DNA of 64,000 nt from an uncultured Verrucomicrobiota bacterium (GCA_903842505.1 CAIMMI010000051.1:3290-67289), one strand, 5' to 3'; shown: positions 38,030-46,877, counted from the stretch's first letter. The notes: generated by a model from the letters alone, not told the origin. Translations and numbers: made by a program.

Positions 38030-38181
38030 GGAAGTTGGAAGATTTCAGATTCAAGTTTGAAGTCCCATGCGATGTCCTCATCGCCTTTGGAAAAGGCTTG
38101 AGAGGGCAACGAGACGTTGCCGCCCCGTTTTCGGCCCGGGGCATCGTGCTTGAAACTTGAAACTTCAAACTCCCGACTTCC
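38030..38181. repeat. Fam-A inverted arms enclosing Fam-F copy 3
   Basis: GGAAGTTGGAAGATTTCAGATTCAAGTTTGAAGTCC (38030-38065) and GCTTGAAACTTGAAACTTCAAACTCCCGACTTCC (38148-38181) are imperfect inverted repeats. Confidence 0.8.
38069..38133 (+). repeat. Fam-F 65-nt two-hairpin element, copy 3
   Basis: GCGATGTCCTCATCGCCTTTGGAAAAGGCTTGAGAGGGCAACGAGACGTTGCCGCCCCGTTTTCGG. Confidence 0.9.
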
Positions 38182-38248
38182 CGGAGTTTTCGGGTGAGTT
38201 CCGCGAACGCGGGTTGCGCGATGGCTTCCGGGCGGCTACGCCAGCGGG

Positions 38249-39511
38249 GTGCAAGATCGACCGTATCCGCAAAGACGACCGGGTCCCGGGCCGTCCCAGT
38301 CTGCTCCACCGGCGCCTTCGGGCGCCCCTGTGGGCTCCAAGGACTGGCTGAAGCCCTGGGTCCAGTTGCGGACCTTCAGTTACCATCCGTCCCTTTATCC
38401 CGCCATGCTCGATACGGCATCGCCTGGGGCGGCGGCGGGGGATTGGGTGAACATTTACGACCGGAACGGCCGGTTCTTCGGCAACGGGCTTTTCAACCCG
38501 AATTCCCGGGTGCCGTTGCGGGTGTTGCACCATGGGGAGAATCCGGTGCCGGAATCCTACCTTTTCACGTTGCTGGACAGGGCTTTGGACCTGCGGTTGG
38601 CGACGCTCGACCTGCCGTCGCAGACGGATGCCTTCCGGGCGATCCATTCGGACGGCGATTCCCTGGGCGGTCTGATCGTCGACAAATTCGGGGATGTGCT
38701 TTCCGTGCAGGTCCACAGTCTCGGGATCTGGCGTCGACTCCCGGCCCTGCTGGCGCGGTTGCACGCCCGGTTGGGCACCTCCCGGGTGGTGGTGGATGTG
38801 GACCCGACGGCGGCGCGGAACGAGGGGATCCGGCCGGACCAGATTGCGTCGGATCCGGTGCGGAACGTCCGGATCCGGGAGCATGGGATCCGGTATGAGG
38901 TGGACTTTGCGACGGGTCACAAGACGGGATTCTTCTGTGACCAGCGGGAGAACCGGAAGGCGCTGGCGCGTTGGACGGAGGGCAAGCGGGTGCTCGACCT
39001 GTGCTGTTACACGGGTGGGTTTTCTCTGGCGGCGAAGATCGCGGGCAAGGCGGCGGAGGTGACCGGCGTGGACCTCGACGAGAACGTCATCGCGCAGGCG
39101 CGCCGCAACGCGAACCTGAACCAGGAACGCATCGAGTGGGTGCATTGCGATGCGTATGCGTACGCGCGGCAGATGCGGAAGGATGGGAAGAAGTTCGACG
39201 TGGTGATCCTGGATCCACCGAAGCTGGTGGATGGTCGGGACGAGATCGACCGGGAGGAAGGATTCATCCGGTACGAGGACCTCAACAGCCTGGGAATCGT
39301 GATCACGGAGCCAGCGGGGTTGCTGGTGACGTGCTCCTGCTCGGGGCAGGTCTCGGCGGAAGATTTCGAACGATTGGTGGTGCGGGCGGCGCATCGGGTG
39401 GGGCGCAAGCTCCAGTTCCTGGATCGCACGGGCGCGGGGATGGATCATCCGGTGATGTCGAATTGTCCGGAGAGCCGGTACCTGAAGCTGCTCTGGGCGC
39501 GGGTCTGGTAG
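38249..39511 (+). CDS. rlmI: class I SAM-dependent rRNA (cytosine-C5) methyltransferase, RlmI-like
   Basis: PUA-like N-terminus (GDWVNIYDRNGRFFGNGLFNP), SAM-binding VLDLCCYTGGFS, ILDPPKL and LVTCSCS. The start is uncertain; GTG 38249 is taken from the track. Confidence 0.78.
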   Translation: MQDRPYPQRRPGPGPSQSAPPAPSGAPVGSKDWLKPWVQLRTFSYHPSLYPAMLDTASPGAAAGDWVNIYDRNGRFFGNGLFNPNSRVPLRVLHHGENPVPESYLFTLLDRALDLRLATLDLPSQTDAFRAIHSDGDSLGGLIVDKFGDVLSVQVHSLGIWRRLPALLARLHARLGTSRVVVDVDPTAARNEGIRPDQIASDPVRNVRIREHGIRYEVDFATGHKTGFFCDQRENRKALARWTEGKRVLDLCCYTGGFSLAAKIAGKAAEVTGVDLDENVIAQARRNANLNQERIEWVHCDAYAYARQMRKDGKKFDVVILDPPKLVDGRDEIDREEGFIRYEDLNSLGIVITEPAGLLVTCSCSGQVSAEDFERLVVRAAHRVGRKLQFLDRTGAGMDHPVMSNCPESRYLKLLWARVW

Positions 39512-39529
39512 GGGAGACGGGGCGAGTCC

Positions 39530-41701
39530 GTGATTGCACCGAACGACAGCGCAGGAGGAACCGACGTCGCCGACCTGGTGGCGGAGGTGGAGCATATCTT
39601 TGGGCCGGACGGCCTGTTTTCGCGTTCGAAGAACTTCGAGTACCGCGAGCAACAGCAGCGGATGGCGATGGAGGTGGCGCGGGCGTTGGTCGACGGGGGC
39701 AACCTGATGGTCGAGGCGGGGACGGGCGTCGGGAAGAGCTTCGCCTACCTCGTGCCGGCGATCCTGTTTGCGGTGCGTCGGAAGAAGAAGGCGGTGATCT
39801 GCACCAACACGATCAACCTGCAGGAGCAGCTCAGCGAGAAGGATCTTCCGATCCTGAAGGAGGTGCTGCCCGTGGAGTTCAGCTTCACGATGCTGAAGGG
39901 GCGCGGGAATTACCTGTGCACCCGTCGGTTGGACAAGGCGATGCAACAGGCGCAGTCGCTGTTCACCAGTTCCGAGGCGGCGGAGTTGCGTCGGATCTGG
40001 GAATGGAGCCAGGAGACGGCAGACGGATCCCTCTCGGACTTCGACCATGAACCGGACCTGCGGGTGTGGGAGCAGGTCTGTTCCGAACGCGGGCTCTGCA
40101 CGCCCAAGCGGTGCGGGCACGCGTCGGACTTTGCGAAGGCGGGGCGGACCTGCTTCTTCCAGCGGGCGCGGCAGAAGATCCTGGCGAGCGACGTGTTGGT
40201 GCTGAACCACACGTTGTTCTTCACGTTGTTGAACGGCGTGGATCCGGATCAGGAGGGCGGGGTGCTCTTCAAGAACGACTTCGTCATCTTCGACGAGGCG
40301 CACATGGTGGAGCAGGTGGCGGCGCGGCACATCGGGGTGTCGGTCTCGAGCGGTCAGATGCGGTACAACCTGCAACGCCTGTGGAATCCGAGGACCGAGA
40401 AGGGGTTGCTGACCACGTTGCGGGCCGGGGACAACGTGGGAGCGGTGAGCGCAGCGTTGTCGCGGGCGGAGGAATTCTTCGTCGCGGTCGAGATGGCGTG
40501 CGACACCTTGGTGGAATCCTTGAACCCCGGGGCGGGCGCGGCGGCTTTGGCGGCGGCGGTGCGGACCGATGCGGACACGGCGGGTGCTTCCGCGCGGCGG
40601 GCCTGGACGGAGCTTCGGATCCGTCGTCCGGAACTGGTCGAGGACAACCTGAGCCTCGCGTTGGAAAGCCTCCGGGGATCGATCTCGGAACTCATCCAGA
40701 AGACCGACGACCGGGAAACCGGGGAAGAGTTGCAGGAGTGCAACCGTCGTCTGGTCGATCTGAAGCTGGCGGTCCAGGCGTTCCTGAAGCAGGACGCGGA
40801 TGAACACGTGTACTGGGTGGAACGGTCGGGCCGGAACCAGCGGAACCTGGTGCTGAATGCGGCTCCGGTGGACGTGGCGGACTTCCTGAGGGACCGGTTG
40901 TTCGGGGCGGGAACCAGCGTGATCCTGACCAGTGCCACGATGGCGGTGAAGGAACCGCCCAAGGCGACCGGGGGGGCGACCGGGCAGGCGACTTTGGTGC
41001 GGGCGGGGGCGTCGGGTGGGGGGCGTGGACCGCTGGACTACGTGGCGCGTCGGGTGGGTGGCGAAAGCGCGAAGCAGGTTCAGGTGGGTTCGCCGTTCGA
41101 TTACGCCACGCAGATGCGGGTGCACGTGGTCTCGAAGATGCCGGATCCGCGGGACCCGGGTTACGAGGATGCGCTGGAGAAGTGGATCGAGCACTTCATC
41201 CGGCAGACGCACGGGAAGGCCTTCGTCCTCTTCACCAGCAATCGCCTGATGCAGACGATGGCAGGTCGGATGGAACGGTTCTTTGCGGGACTGGGGATCG
41301 AGTGCCTGGTGCAGGGGACGGGCATGCCGCGGGCGACGATGCTGGAACGGTTCAAGCAGGACGTGGACTCCGTCCTCTTCGGGACGGCGAGCTTCTGGCA
41401 GGGCGTGGACGTGCCGGGCGAGGCCCTTTCGAATGTCATCCTGACGCGATTGCCATTTGCGGTGCCGGACCACCCATTGGTGGAGGCGCGTCTGGAGCGG
41501 ATCGAGGCCCGGGGCGGGAATCCCTTCTCCGAGTTCAGCCTGCCCGAGGCGATCCTGAAGTTCCGGCAGGGCGTGGGCCGGTTGATCCGGTCGCGATCGG
41601 ACAAGGGGATTGTCGTCCTGTTGGACAACCGGGTGCTGACGAAGCGGTACGGTCAGGCGTTCCTCGAGGCAATCCCGGGTTGCCCTGTGGAGATCGTCTG
41701 A
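39530..41701 (+). CDS. dinG: DinG/Rad3-family ATP-dependent DNA helicase (Fe-S type)
   Basis: Walker A EAGTGVGKS, DEAH box (FDEAH) and a Cys cluster (NYLC .. QVCSERGLCTPKRCGH .. RTCFF) in the expected Fe-S position. C-terminal helicase motifs FWQGVDVPG and GRLIRSRSDKG. GTG start 18 nt after the rlmI-like stop. Confidence 0.85.
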   Translation: MIAPNDSAGGTDVADLVAEVEHIFGPDGLFSRSKNFEYREQQQRMAMEVARALVDGGNLMVEAGTGVGKSFAYLVPAILFAVRRKKKAVICTNTINLQEQLSEKDLPILKEVLPVEFSFTMLKGRGNYLCTRRLDKAMQQAQSLFTSSEAAELRRIWEWSQETADGSLSDFDHEPDLRVWEQVCSERGLCTPKRCGHASDFAKAGRTCFFQRARQKILASDVLVLNHTLFFTLLNGVDPDQEGGVLFKNDFVIFDEAHMVEQVAARHIGVSVSSGQMRYNLQRLWNPRTEKGLLTTLRAGDNVGAVSAALSRAEEFFVAVEMACDTLVESLNPGAGAAALAAAVRTDADTAGASARRAWTELRIRRPELVEDNLSLALESLRGSISELIQKTDDRETGEELQECNRRLVDLKLAVQAFLKQDADEHVYWVERSGRNQRNLVLNAAPVDVADFLRDRLFGAGTSVILTSATMAVKEPPKATGGATGQATLVRAGASGGGRGPLDYVARRVGGESAKQVQVGSPFDYATQMRVHVVSKMPDPRDPGYEDALEKWIEHFIRQTHGKAFVLFTSNRLMQTMAGRMERFFAGLGIECLVQGTGMPRATMLERFKQDVDSVLFGTASFWQGVDVPGEALSNVILTRLPFAVPDHPLVEARLERIEARGGNPFSEFSLPEAILKFRQGVGRLIRSRSDKGIVVLLDNRVLTKRYGQAFLEAIPGCPVEIV

Positions 41702-41772
41702 TGGCAAGGGAGCGGTAGGATTTAGCAACGACGCGACAGCCGGTTTTCGGGACCGTGGCAGGGTGGCTCCTC

Positions 41773-42447
41773 ATGAAACGGAGTCATCGTATTGTTTGTG
41801 CGGCGTTGGTCGGCGCTTCCCTCATCCACTCGGCGTCCGCCGGGACCGATGGATTTCAGGCGCCCTTCTATCGGGGAAGCTTTGAAAGCCAGTATGCGGG
41901 GTGGGAAAGGTTCTCGGTGGCGACGAACAATGGCGTGGGCAACTTCCCGGATCTCCCGGGTTCCACGGCCAATGCGCGCATCACGCAGTTCGAGCCGAAT
42001 GCCTTCCTGCTGGGCTCCGGCAACATCTACAACATCTTCCAGAAGAGCGAATTTTCCCTCGCCTACTCCGGTACCCAGGAAGTCGGTTTGGTGAACCTCC
42101 AGATCCGCACCGGCGGATTCGAACTCGACTACGCCTCGGTGGGCATCGGGTACAACGTGGGCGGCACGGCGGTCTTCCTGCCGGCGACCCGGGTTGAGCT
42201 GGATCGCCAGTCGGCGGGTCCCGGAGGTGTGTTCGTGTCGTCCGGGTGGCAGTGGGACCTGTCCGGTCTGGGGCTGAACTCGTTCTCGGTGTCCTTCAAG
42301 GCAGCCGAAGGGTCGCTTTCGATGGATTCGGTCACCATCGATACCCTGAGCAAGGCACAGACGGCGCTGGTTCCCGAGCCGGGAACGTGGGCTTTGTTGG
42401 GCGTGGGATCGGTCGGCCTGCTGGTCCTGGGTTGGCGTCGGCGCTGA
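41773..42447 (+). CDS. PEP-CTERM sorting-domain protein
   Basis: Signal peptide MKRSHRIVCAALVGASLIHSASA. C-terminus VPEPGTWALLGVGSVGLLVLGWRRR: PEP motif, TM helix and basic tail. Confidence 0.8.
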   Translation: MKRSHRIVCAALVGASLIHSASAGTDGFQAPFYRGSFESQYAGWERFSVATNNGVGNFPDLPGSTANARITQFEPNAFLLGSGNIYNIFQKSEFSLAYSGTQEVGLVNLQIRTGGFELDYASVGIGYNVGGTAVFLPATRVELDRQSAGPGGVFVSSGWQWDLSGLGLNSFSVSFKAAEGSLSMDSVTIDTLSKAQTALVPEPGTWALLGVGSVGLLVLGWRRR

Positions 42448-42467
42448 TCTCAGCCACTGTAGCCGTC

Positions 42468-43790
42468 ATGAAACGGCTGATTCCATCAGGTGAAACCGCG
42501 GGTGCCCGGCCCGCGGTTTCCGTTTTTGCGGGGGGCTTGCTGCTGCTGGGGTTGTTCGCGGGTGCGGTTGCACGGGCAGGGGAATTCAACCTGACTCCTT
42601 CCCAGCCGACCCTCGACCGGTTGATGTATCCCTACGCCTTCGACGGGGGCTCCCGGCCGCTGGGGTACACGTTTGGATCCTTCGATCCCCGTTTCGACAC
42701 GCGGGATGGACAGATCCTTCTCGGTTGGGATACAGCGACCCGGGTTCCTACCAATCGGCCCGCCTCGCGCTACCTGCTGAAGAAGGTTGAGGTGACCGTA
42801 ACCGTGGGGTCCAACCGGACCTTCCACTACGATCCGACCCATGATGCCGTTTGGACGTATGCGACCAACAGCGCATCCTACGTGCCCGACGCGGATCTGG
42901 GTCGGCCGGTGGAATTGGTCGGGGCCGGGTTCCGTGGAGGTTTCACGGCGGTCACTTTCCGCGAGAACAGCCCTTTCGGTCCGCTGGGTCCCATCACCGG
43001 GACCAACATTTCCATCGGTACCCGCAATGTGCACGCGGCGGTCTTCGATTCCACCGGAGCCTTGGTCGACCTGAGCAACAATGTGGGCCAGACCAATGTA
43101 GCGTTCACCGGCGAGACCTTCGAGTTCCGGCCCTGGGCCATCGGGCGGAACCCATCCCTGACGCCCGGTGAACTGGTTCCGGAGGTTACCCCCATGACCT
43201 TCCAGGTCGACCTGACCGACCCGTTGGTCGCCGGGTACATTCAGGAGGCGCTTTCGACGGGCAACCTGCGCTTCATCCTCACCTCGCTGCATCCAGCGGC
43301 CCAATCCGGGTTCGGCGGCGGTGGAGCGTATCCGTTGTGGTTCCTCCGGGAGTCATTGGGTGGCGAACCAGCGCGACTCCAGATCGAAGGATCCTTGGTG
43401 GACGAAGCGGACACCGATCAGGACGGATTGCCTGACGACTGGGAACGATTCCATTTCGGCACCCTCGAACAGGCTGCCGCTGGTGATCCGGACGGCGATG
43501 GCGAGTCCAACCTCCGCGAGTGGCGGACGGGATACAATCCGACCGACAAGACCAGTGCGTTGATCCTCTCGGCCTACCAACGGAAGAACGGGGGAGCGAT
43601 CTTCCGTTTCCCGACGGCGCCTGGCCGGAAGTATGAAATCCAGGAGAGCACCGACCTCAACGTGTGGGGGCCTGGGTTCGGTCGGCTGACCTTCCCCGAG
43701 GTTGGGATTGCAGAATGGATCGAGGAAGATCCGCGGATGGGACCCGTGGAGCCGCCGGTGCGGTTCCATCGCGTGGTCAGCCGGGAGTGA
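42468..43790 (+). CDS. secreted hypothetical protein with thrombospondin-type-3-like Asp-rich repeats
   Basis: ATG 42468 gives MKRLIPSGET..LLLLGLFAGAVARA. DTDQDGLPDDWE and GDPDGDGESNLREWRTGYNPTD are calcium-binding-type repeats. The C-terminal beta module ends VRFHRVVSRE. It lies 20 nt after the PEP-CTERM gene. Confidence 0.65.
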   Translation: MKRLIPSGETAGARPAVSVFAGGLLLLGLFAGAVARAGEFNLTPSQPTLDRLMYPYAFDGGSRPLGYTFGSFDPRFDTRDGQILLGWDTATRVPTNRPASRYLLKKVEVTVTVGSNRTFHYDPTHDAVWTYATNSASYVPDADLGRPVELVGAGFRGGFTAVTFRENSPFGPLGPITGTNISIGTRNVHAAVFDSTGALVDLSNNVGQTNVAFTGETFEFRPWAIGRNPSLTPGELVPEVTPMTFQVDLTDPLVAGYIQEALSTGNLRFILTSLHPAAQSGFGGGGAYPLWFLRESLGGEPARLQIEGSLVDEADTDQDGLPDDWERFHFGTLEQAAAGDPDGDGESNLREWRTGYNPTDKTSALILSAYQRKNGGAIFRFPTAPGRKYEIQESTDLNVWGPGFGRLTFPEVGIAEWIEEDPRMGPVEPPVRFHRVVSRE

Positions 43791-43799
43791 TCTGCCTTC

Positions 43800-43983
43800 C
43801 TTGAAACTTGAACCTTGAGACTTCGAACTCTCCATCGGCTCGTGAGGACACTCGCCCCACCGGCCTGAGGTTCCGGAGGGGTGGGGCGAGACTCTGTCGA
43901 GCCGTGTCGGAGTCCGAAGTTTTCAGTTTCAGGTTTGAAGCACGGGCCAGGCTTGAAACTTGAGTCTTCAAACTTGGGACTCC
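43800..43983. repeat. nested palindromic mosaic (Fam-A, Fam-B variant, inverted Fam-B, inverted Fam-A, Fam-A)
   Basis: Modules at 43800-43830, 43837-43861, 43880-43903, 43910-43940 and 43951-43983; see findings. Confidence 0.9.
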
Positions 43984-44032
43984 TTCGAAATTGCGCTTGG
44001 AAGTGGGGTTCCGGGGAACGGAGGTTTTCGGA

Positions 44033-44851
44033 ATGGCCAAGTTGGATTCCCTGTGGCGACGGATCTCGGTGCATCGACGGATGTTCCTCCTGTCCGGACC
44101 CTGTGTGATCGAGTCGGAAGAGTTGTGTCTCCAGATCGGGCGTCGGTTGCGGGACACGTGTGAGCGGTTGGGGATCGACTACGTTTTCAAGGCGAGCTTC
44201 GACAAGGCGAACCGTTCGTCGGGGAAGTCGTTCCGTGGCCCGGGCCTGACCGAAGGGTTGGCGATCCTGGGGCGGATCCGCACGAAGCTGGGTGTGCCGG
44301 TGGTGACGGATGTCCACACCGAGGAGCAATGCGCAGCGGCAGGCGAGGTTTGCGACGTGTTGCAGATCCCGGCCTTCCTTTGTCGCCAGACCGACCTCAT
44401 TGCGGCGGCCGTGGCGACGGGTCGGATCGTGAACATCAAGAAGGGTCAGTTCCTCGCGCCGGGGGACATGGCGAACGTGGTGAAGAAGGCGGAGGAAAAC
44501 GGGCCTCGGAAACTCATCCTGACCGAGCGCGGATCCTCGTTCGGATACAACAATCTGGTCGCGGACATGCGGTCGATTCCGATCCTGGCGAAGACGGGAT
44601 ATCCGGTCGTTTTTGATGCGACGCACTCGGTGCAGTTGCCGGGTGGACAGGGGGATCGATCGGGTGGACAGCGGGAGTTTGCGCCGGTGCTGGCAGCATC
44701 TGCGGTGGCGGCGGGGTGCCACGGCCTGTTCATCGAGACGCATCCGGACCCGGAGAAGGCCTTGAGCGACGGTCCGAACATGATTCCCCTGGCGGAGATG
44801 CCGGTGGTGTTGCGGCGGATGCTGCGGGTGCGTGAGGCGGTGCGGAAGTAG
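44033..44851 (+). CDS. kdsA: 3-deoxy-8-phosphooctulonate synthase
   Basis: [41 protein letters not shown] and [13 protein letters not shown] are all characteristic of KdsA. Confidence 0.92.
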   Translation: MAKLDSLWRRISVHRRMFLLSGPCVIESEELCLQIGRRLRDTCERLGIDYVFKASFDKANRSSGKSFRGPGLTEGLAILGRIRTKLGVPVVTDVHTEEQCAAAGEVCDVLQIPAFLCRQTDLIAAAVATGRIVNIKKGQFLAPGDMANVVKKAEENGPRKLILTERGSSFGYNNLVADMRSIPILAKTGYPVVFDATHSVQLPGGQGDRSGGQREFAPVLAASAVAAGCHGLFIETHPDPEKALSDGPNMIPLAEMPVVLRRMLRVREAVRK

Positions 44852-44898
44852 GGGCAGGGAAGGGGGCGCGGGAATGGCTCACGCGGAGACGCTGCAGA

Positions 44899-45182
44899 GT
44901 TCCAAGTTTCAGGTTTCAAGCGTCAAGCCAGGCCTCTGCTTGAAACTTGAATCTGACCCTGAAAACGGCAGTTGGGTTATCCACCGATTTCACAGATTCC
45001 ACGGATGGACTGGAACAACGCGCCCCACCGCATCGCTGTTTCCATGTCACCCGCGGGGTGAAACGACAGCCTCTCTCAACCGGCTTCCAATCCGTGTAAT
45101 CGGTGTAATCTGTGGATCCAACCGCCTTTTCTGGGGTGAAAACTTCGAACTCTGGAGCGGCTCGACGGAGTCTCGCCCCACC
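44899..45182. repeat. composite repeat: Fam-A hairpin, Fam-G copy A (44967-45135), short Fam-A, Fam-B
   Basis: About 90 percent identical (by eye) to 62962-63129 over ~168 bp, followed by GTGAAAACTTCGAACTCTGG and GGCTCGACGGAGTCTCGCCCCACC (45159-45182). Confidence 0.9.
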
Positions 45183-45186
45183 GGAG

Positions 45187-46761
45187 TCAGGCGGCCGGCT
45201 TGGACTTCGGCTGGAAGCGGCGGAGGAGGGTGGCACGGATCTCGAGGGCAGGGCCCATGCGAAGGGCGAGGCCGAGGCTGACGTAGGCGATGCCGGCGAG
45301 GCTGGCGGGGACGAAGACGGCGCCGATCTGCCGGAGTTTGCCGAGGTGCCCGACCCACGATTCCCACGCCTGGCTGCCGGCCCAGCCGAGCGCGCAGGCC
45401 AGCAGGCCGATGCCGACCATGCGTGAGACGGGTGCGATCAGTTCCTTCATGTCGAACTTGGGCATCTTGCGGCGGAAGGCGTAGACGAGGAGCGCGCAGT
45501 TCATCAGGGCGCTGATGGCGTTGGCCGCGGCGAGGCCGACCTGCAGGAAGGGGCCGACCAGTACGACCACGAGGACCAGATTGAACGCGAGGCAGAACAG
45601 GCCGATGTGCATCGGGGTCTTGGTATCCGCGAGTGCGTAGAAGGCCCGGGAGAGGATGCTGTTGAGCGAGGTTGCGACGAGTCCGGGGGCGAGGAAGAGC
45701 AGGGCCAGTGAAGCGCGCTGGGTGGAGAGTTCGGTGAACTTCCCGTGCTGGAACAGGAGTCGGATGATCGGCTCGGCCAGGGCCATGAGCAGGACGGTTG
45801 CGAGCGTGTTGAGGAAGATCAGGTGGAGCAGGCCGTCGCGCAGGGTCGAGCGGAACTCCGGGAATTTCTTGTCGGCGCTGAGTCGGCTGAGTTCGGTGAG
45901 CAGGTAGGTTGAGAGCGAGACCCCGATCACGCCCTGGGGCAGTTCGAGGAGGCGGACGGCGTAGTTGAACGAAGCGACGGCGAAGGACGCGTGTCCGTGG
46001 GCGATGAACTGGGTGGCCACCACGTTGAACTGGTAGGCTGCAACGCCCAGGGTCGCGGGCAGCATGCGTTTTGCGGTCTCGCGCACGGTCGGGTCTGCCC
46101 AGGGGGTGACCCATCGGAACCGGAATCCTTCCGCAAGCAGGGAAGGGATCTGGAAGGCGGCCTGGGCAGCGCCGCCCACGACCACGCCGAGGGCTAGGCC
46201 GTACACCTGATCTTCCAGTTCGGGGCCGAACCACGGCGTCACGAAGTACACCGACGCGATCATGACGACGTTCATCGTGGCGGCGCCGAGGGCGGGCACG
46301 AAATAACGGCCGCGGGCGTTGAGCATCCCGACGAAGACGGCGGCGGTGCAGATGAAGATGGCGTAGGGAAGCATCCAGCGCAGCAGGCCGAGCATCAGGC
46401 CGTGGCTATGCCGGAACGGGGTGAGGTGAATGAAGAGGGTGGCGACGAGGATCCCGACCACGGTCAGGACGGTGCAGACAACCACGAGGGCGGAGATCAC
46501 GGCGGCGGCGCCGCGCCAGGTGGCTTCCCGGCCTTCGTCGCGTTCCTTCTGGGTGAAGATCGGGACGAAGACGGCGGTCAGGGCACCTTCGCCAAGCAGG
46601 CGTCGGAGGAGGTTCGGGACGGTGAAGGCGAGGTAGAAGGCGCTGGCCACCGGTGTGTCTCCGAAGAAGCCTGAGTACGCGGACTCCCTCAGGAATCCGA
46701 GGATGCGGCTGAGCAGGGTGGCGATGGCCACGGCTCCGGAGGATTTCAGCAGTTTCGACAT
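45187..46761 (-). CDS. murJ: lipid II flippase MurJ
   Basis: ATG 46761 gives MSKLLKSSGAVAIATLLSRILGFLRESAYSGFFG..FYLAFTVPNLLRRLLGEGALTAVFVPIF, the MurJ/MviN signature N-terminus. About 14 TM segments. Confidence 0.92.
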   Translation of the reverse strand: MSKLLKSSGAVAIATLLSRILGFLRESAYSGFFGDTPVASAFYLAFTVPNLLRRLLGEGALTAVFVPIFTQKERDEGREATWRGAAAVISALVVVCTVLTVVGILVATLFIHLTPFRHSHGLMLGLLRWMLPYAIFICTAAVFVGMLNARGRYFVPALGAATMNVVMIASVYFVTPWFGPELEDQVYGLALGVVVGGAAQAAFQIPSLLAEGFRFRWVTPWADPTVRETAKRMLPATLGVAAYQFNVVATQFIAHGHASFAVASFNYAVRLLELPQGVIGVSLSTYLLTELSRLSADKKFPEFRSTLRDGLLHLIFLNTLATVLLMALAEPIIRLLFQHGKFTELSTQRASLALLFLAPGLVATSLNSILSRAFYALADTKTPMHIGLFCLAFNLVLVVVLVGPFLQVGLAAANAISALMNCALLVYAFRRKMPKFDMKELIAPVSRMVGIGLLACALGWAGSQAWESWVGHLGKLRQIGAVFVPASLAGIAYVSLGLALRMGPALEIRATLLRRFQPKSKPAA

Positions 46762-46824
46762 TGCTGGCGGAGACAGCGTGCCGGGGTGTGGCGGGAGTGC
46801 CCAGCCCGGAGATGTCGGGGGAAA

Positions 46825-46854
46825 CAAAAAGGGCGCGTCCGGGAGGACGCGCCC
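46825..46854 (-). terminator. rho-independent terminator of rpsA
   Basis: On the - strand: GGGCGCGTCC-TCCC-GGACGCGCCC followed by TTTTTG, 23 nt after the rpsA stop. Confidence 0.85.
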
Positions 46855-46877
46855 TGTTCGAATGGTGGTGGCTGGAC

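Noticed and set aside
38165-41728. 1187-aa ORF on the - strand, the longest in the track
   Set aside because: It is antisense to both the rlmI-like and dinG genes. Its composition is extremely R/P/H/L/Q-rich. It spans two independently well-supported + strand genes.
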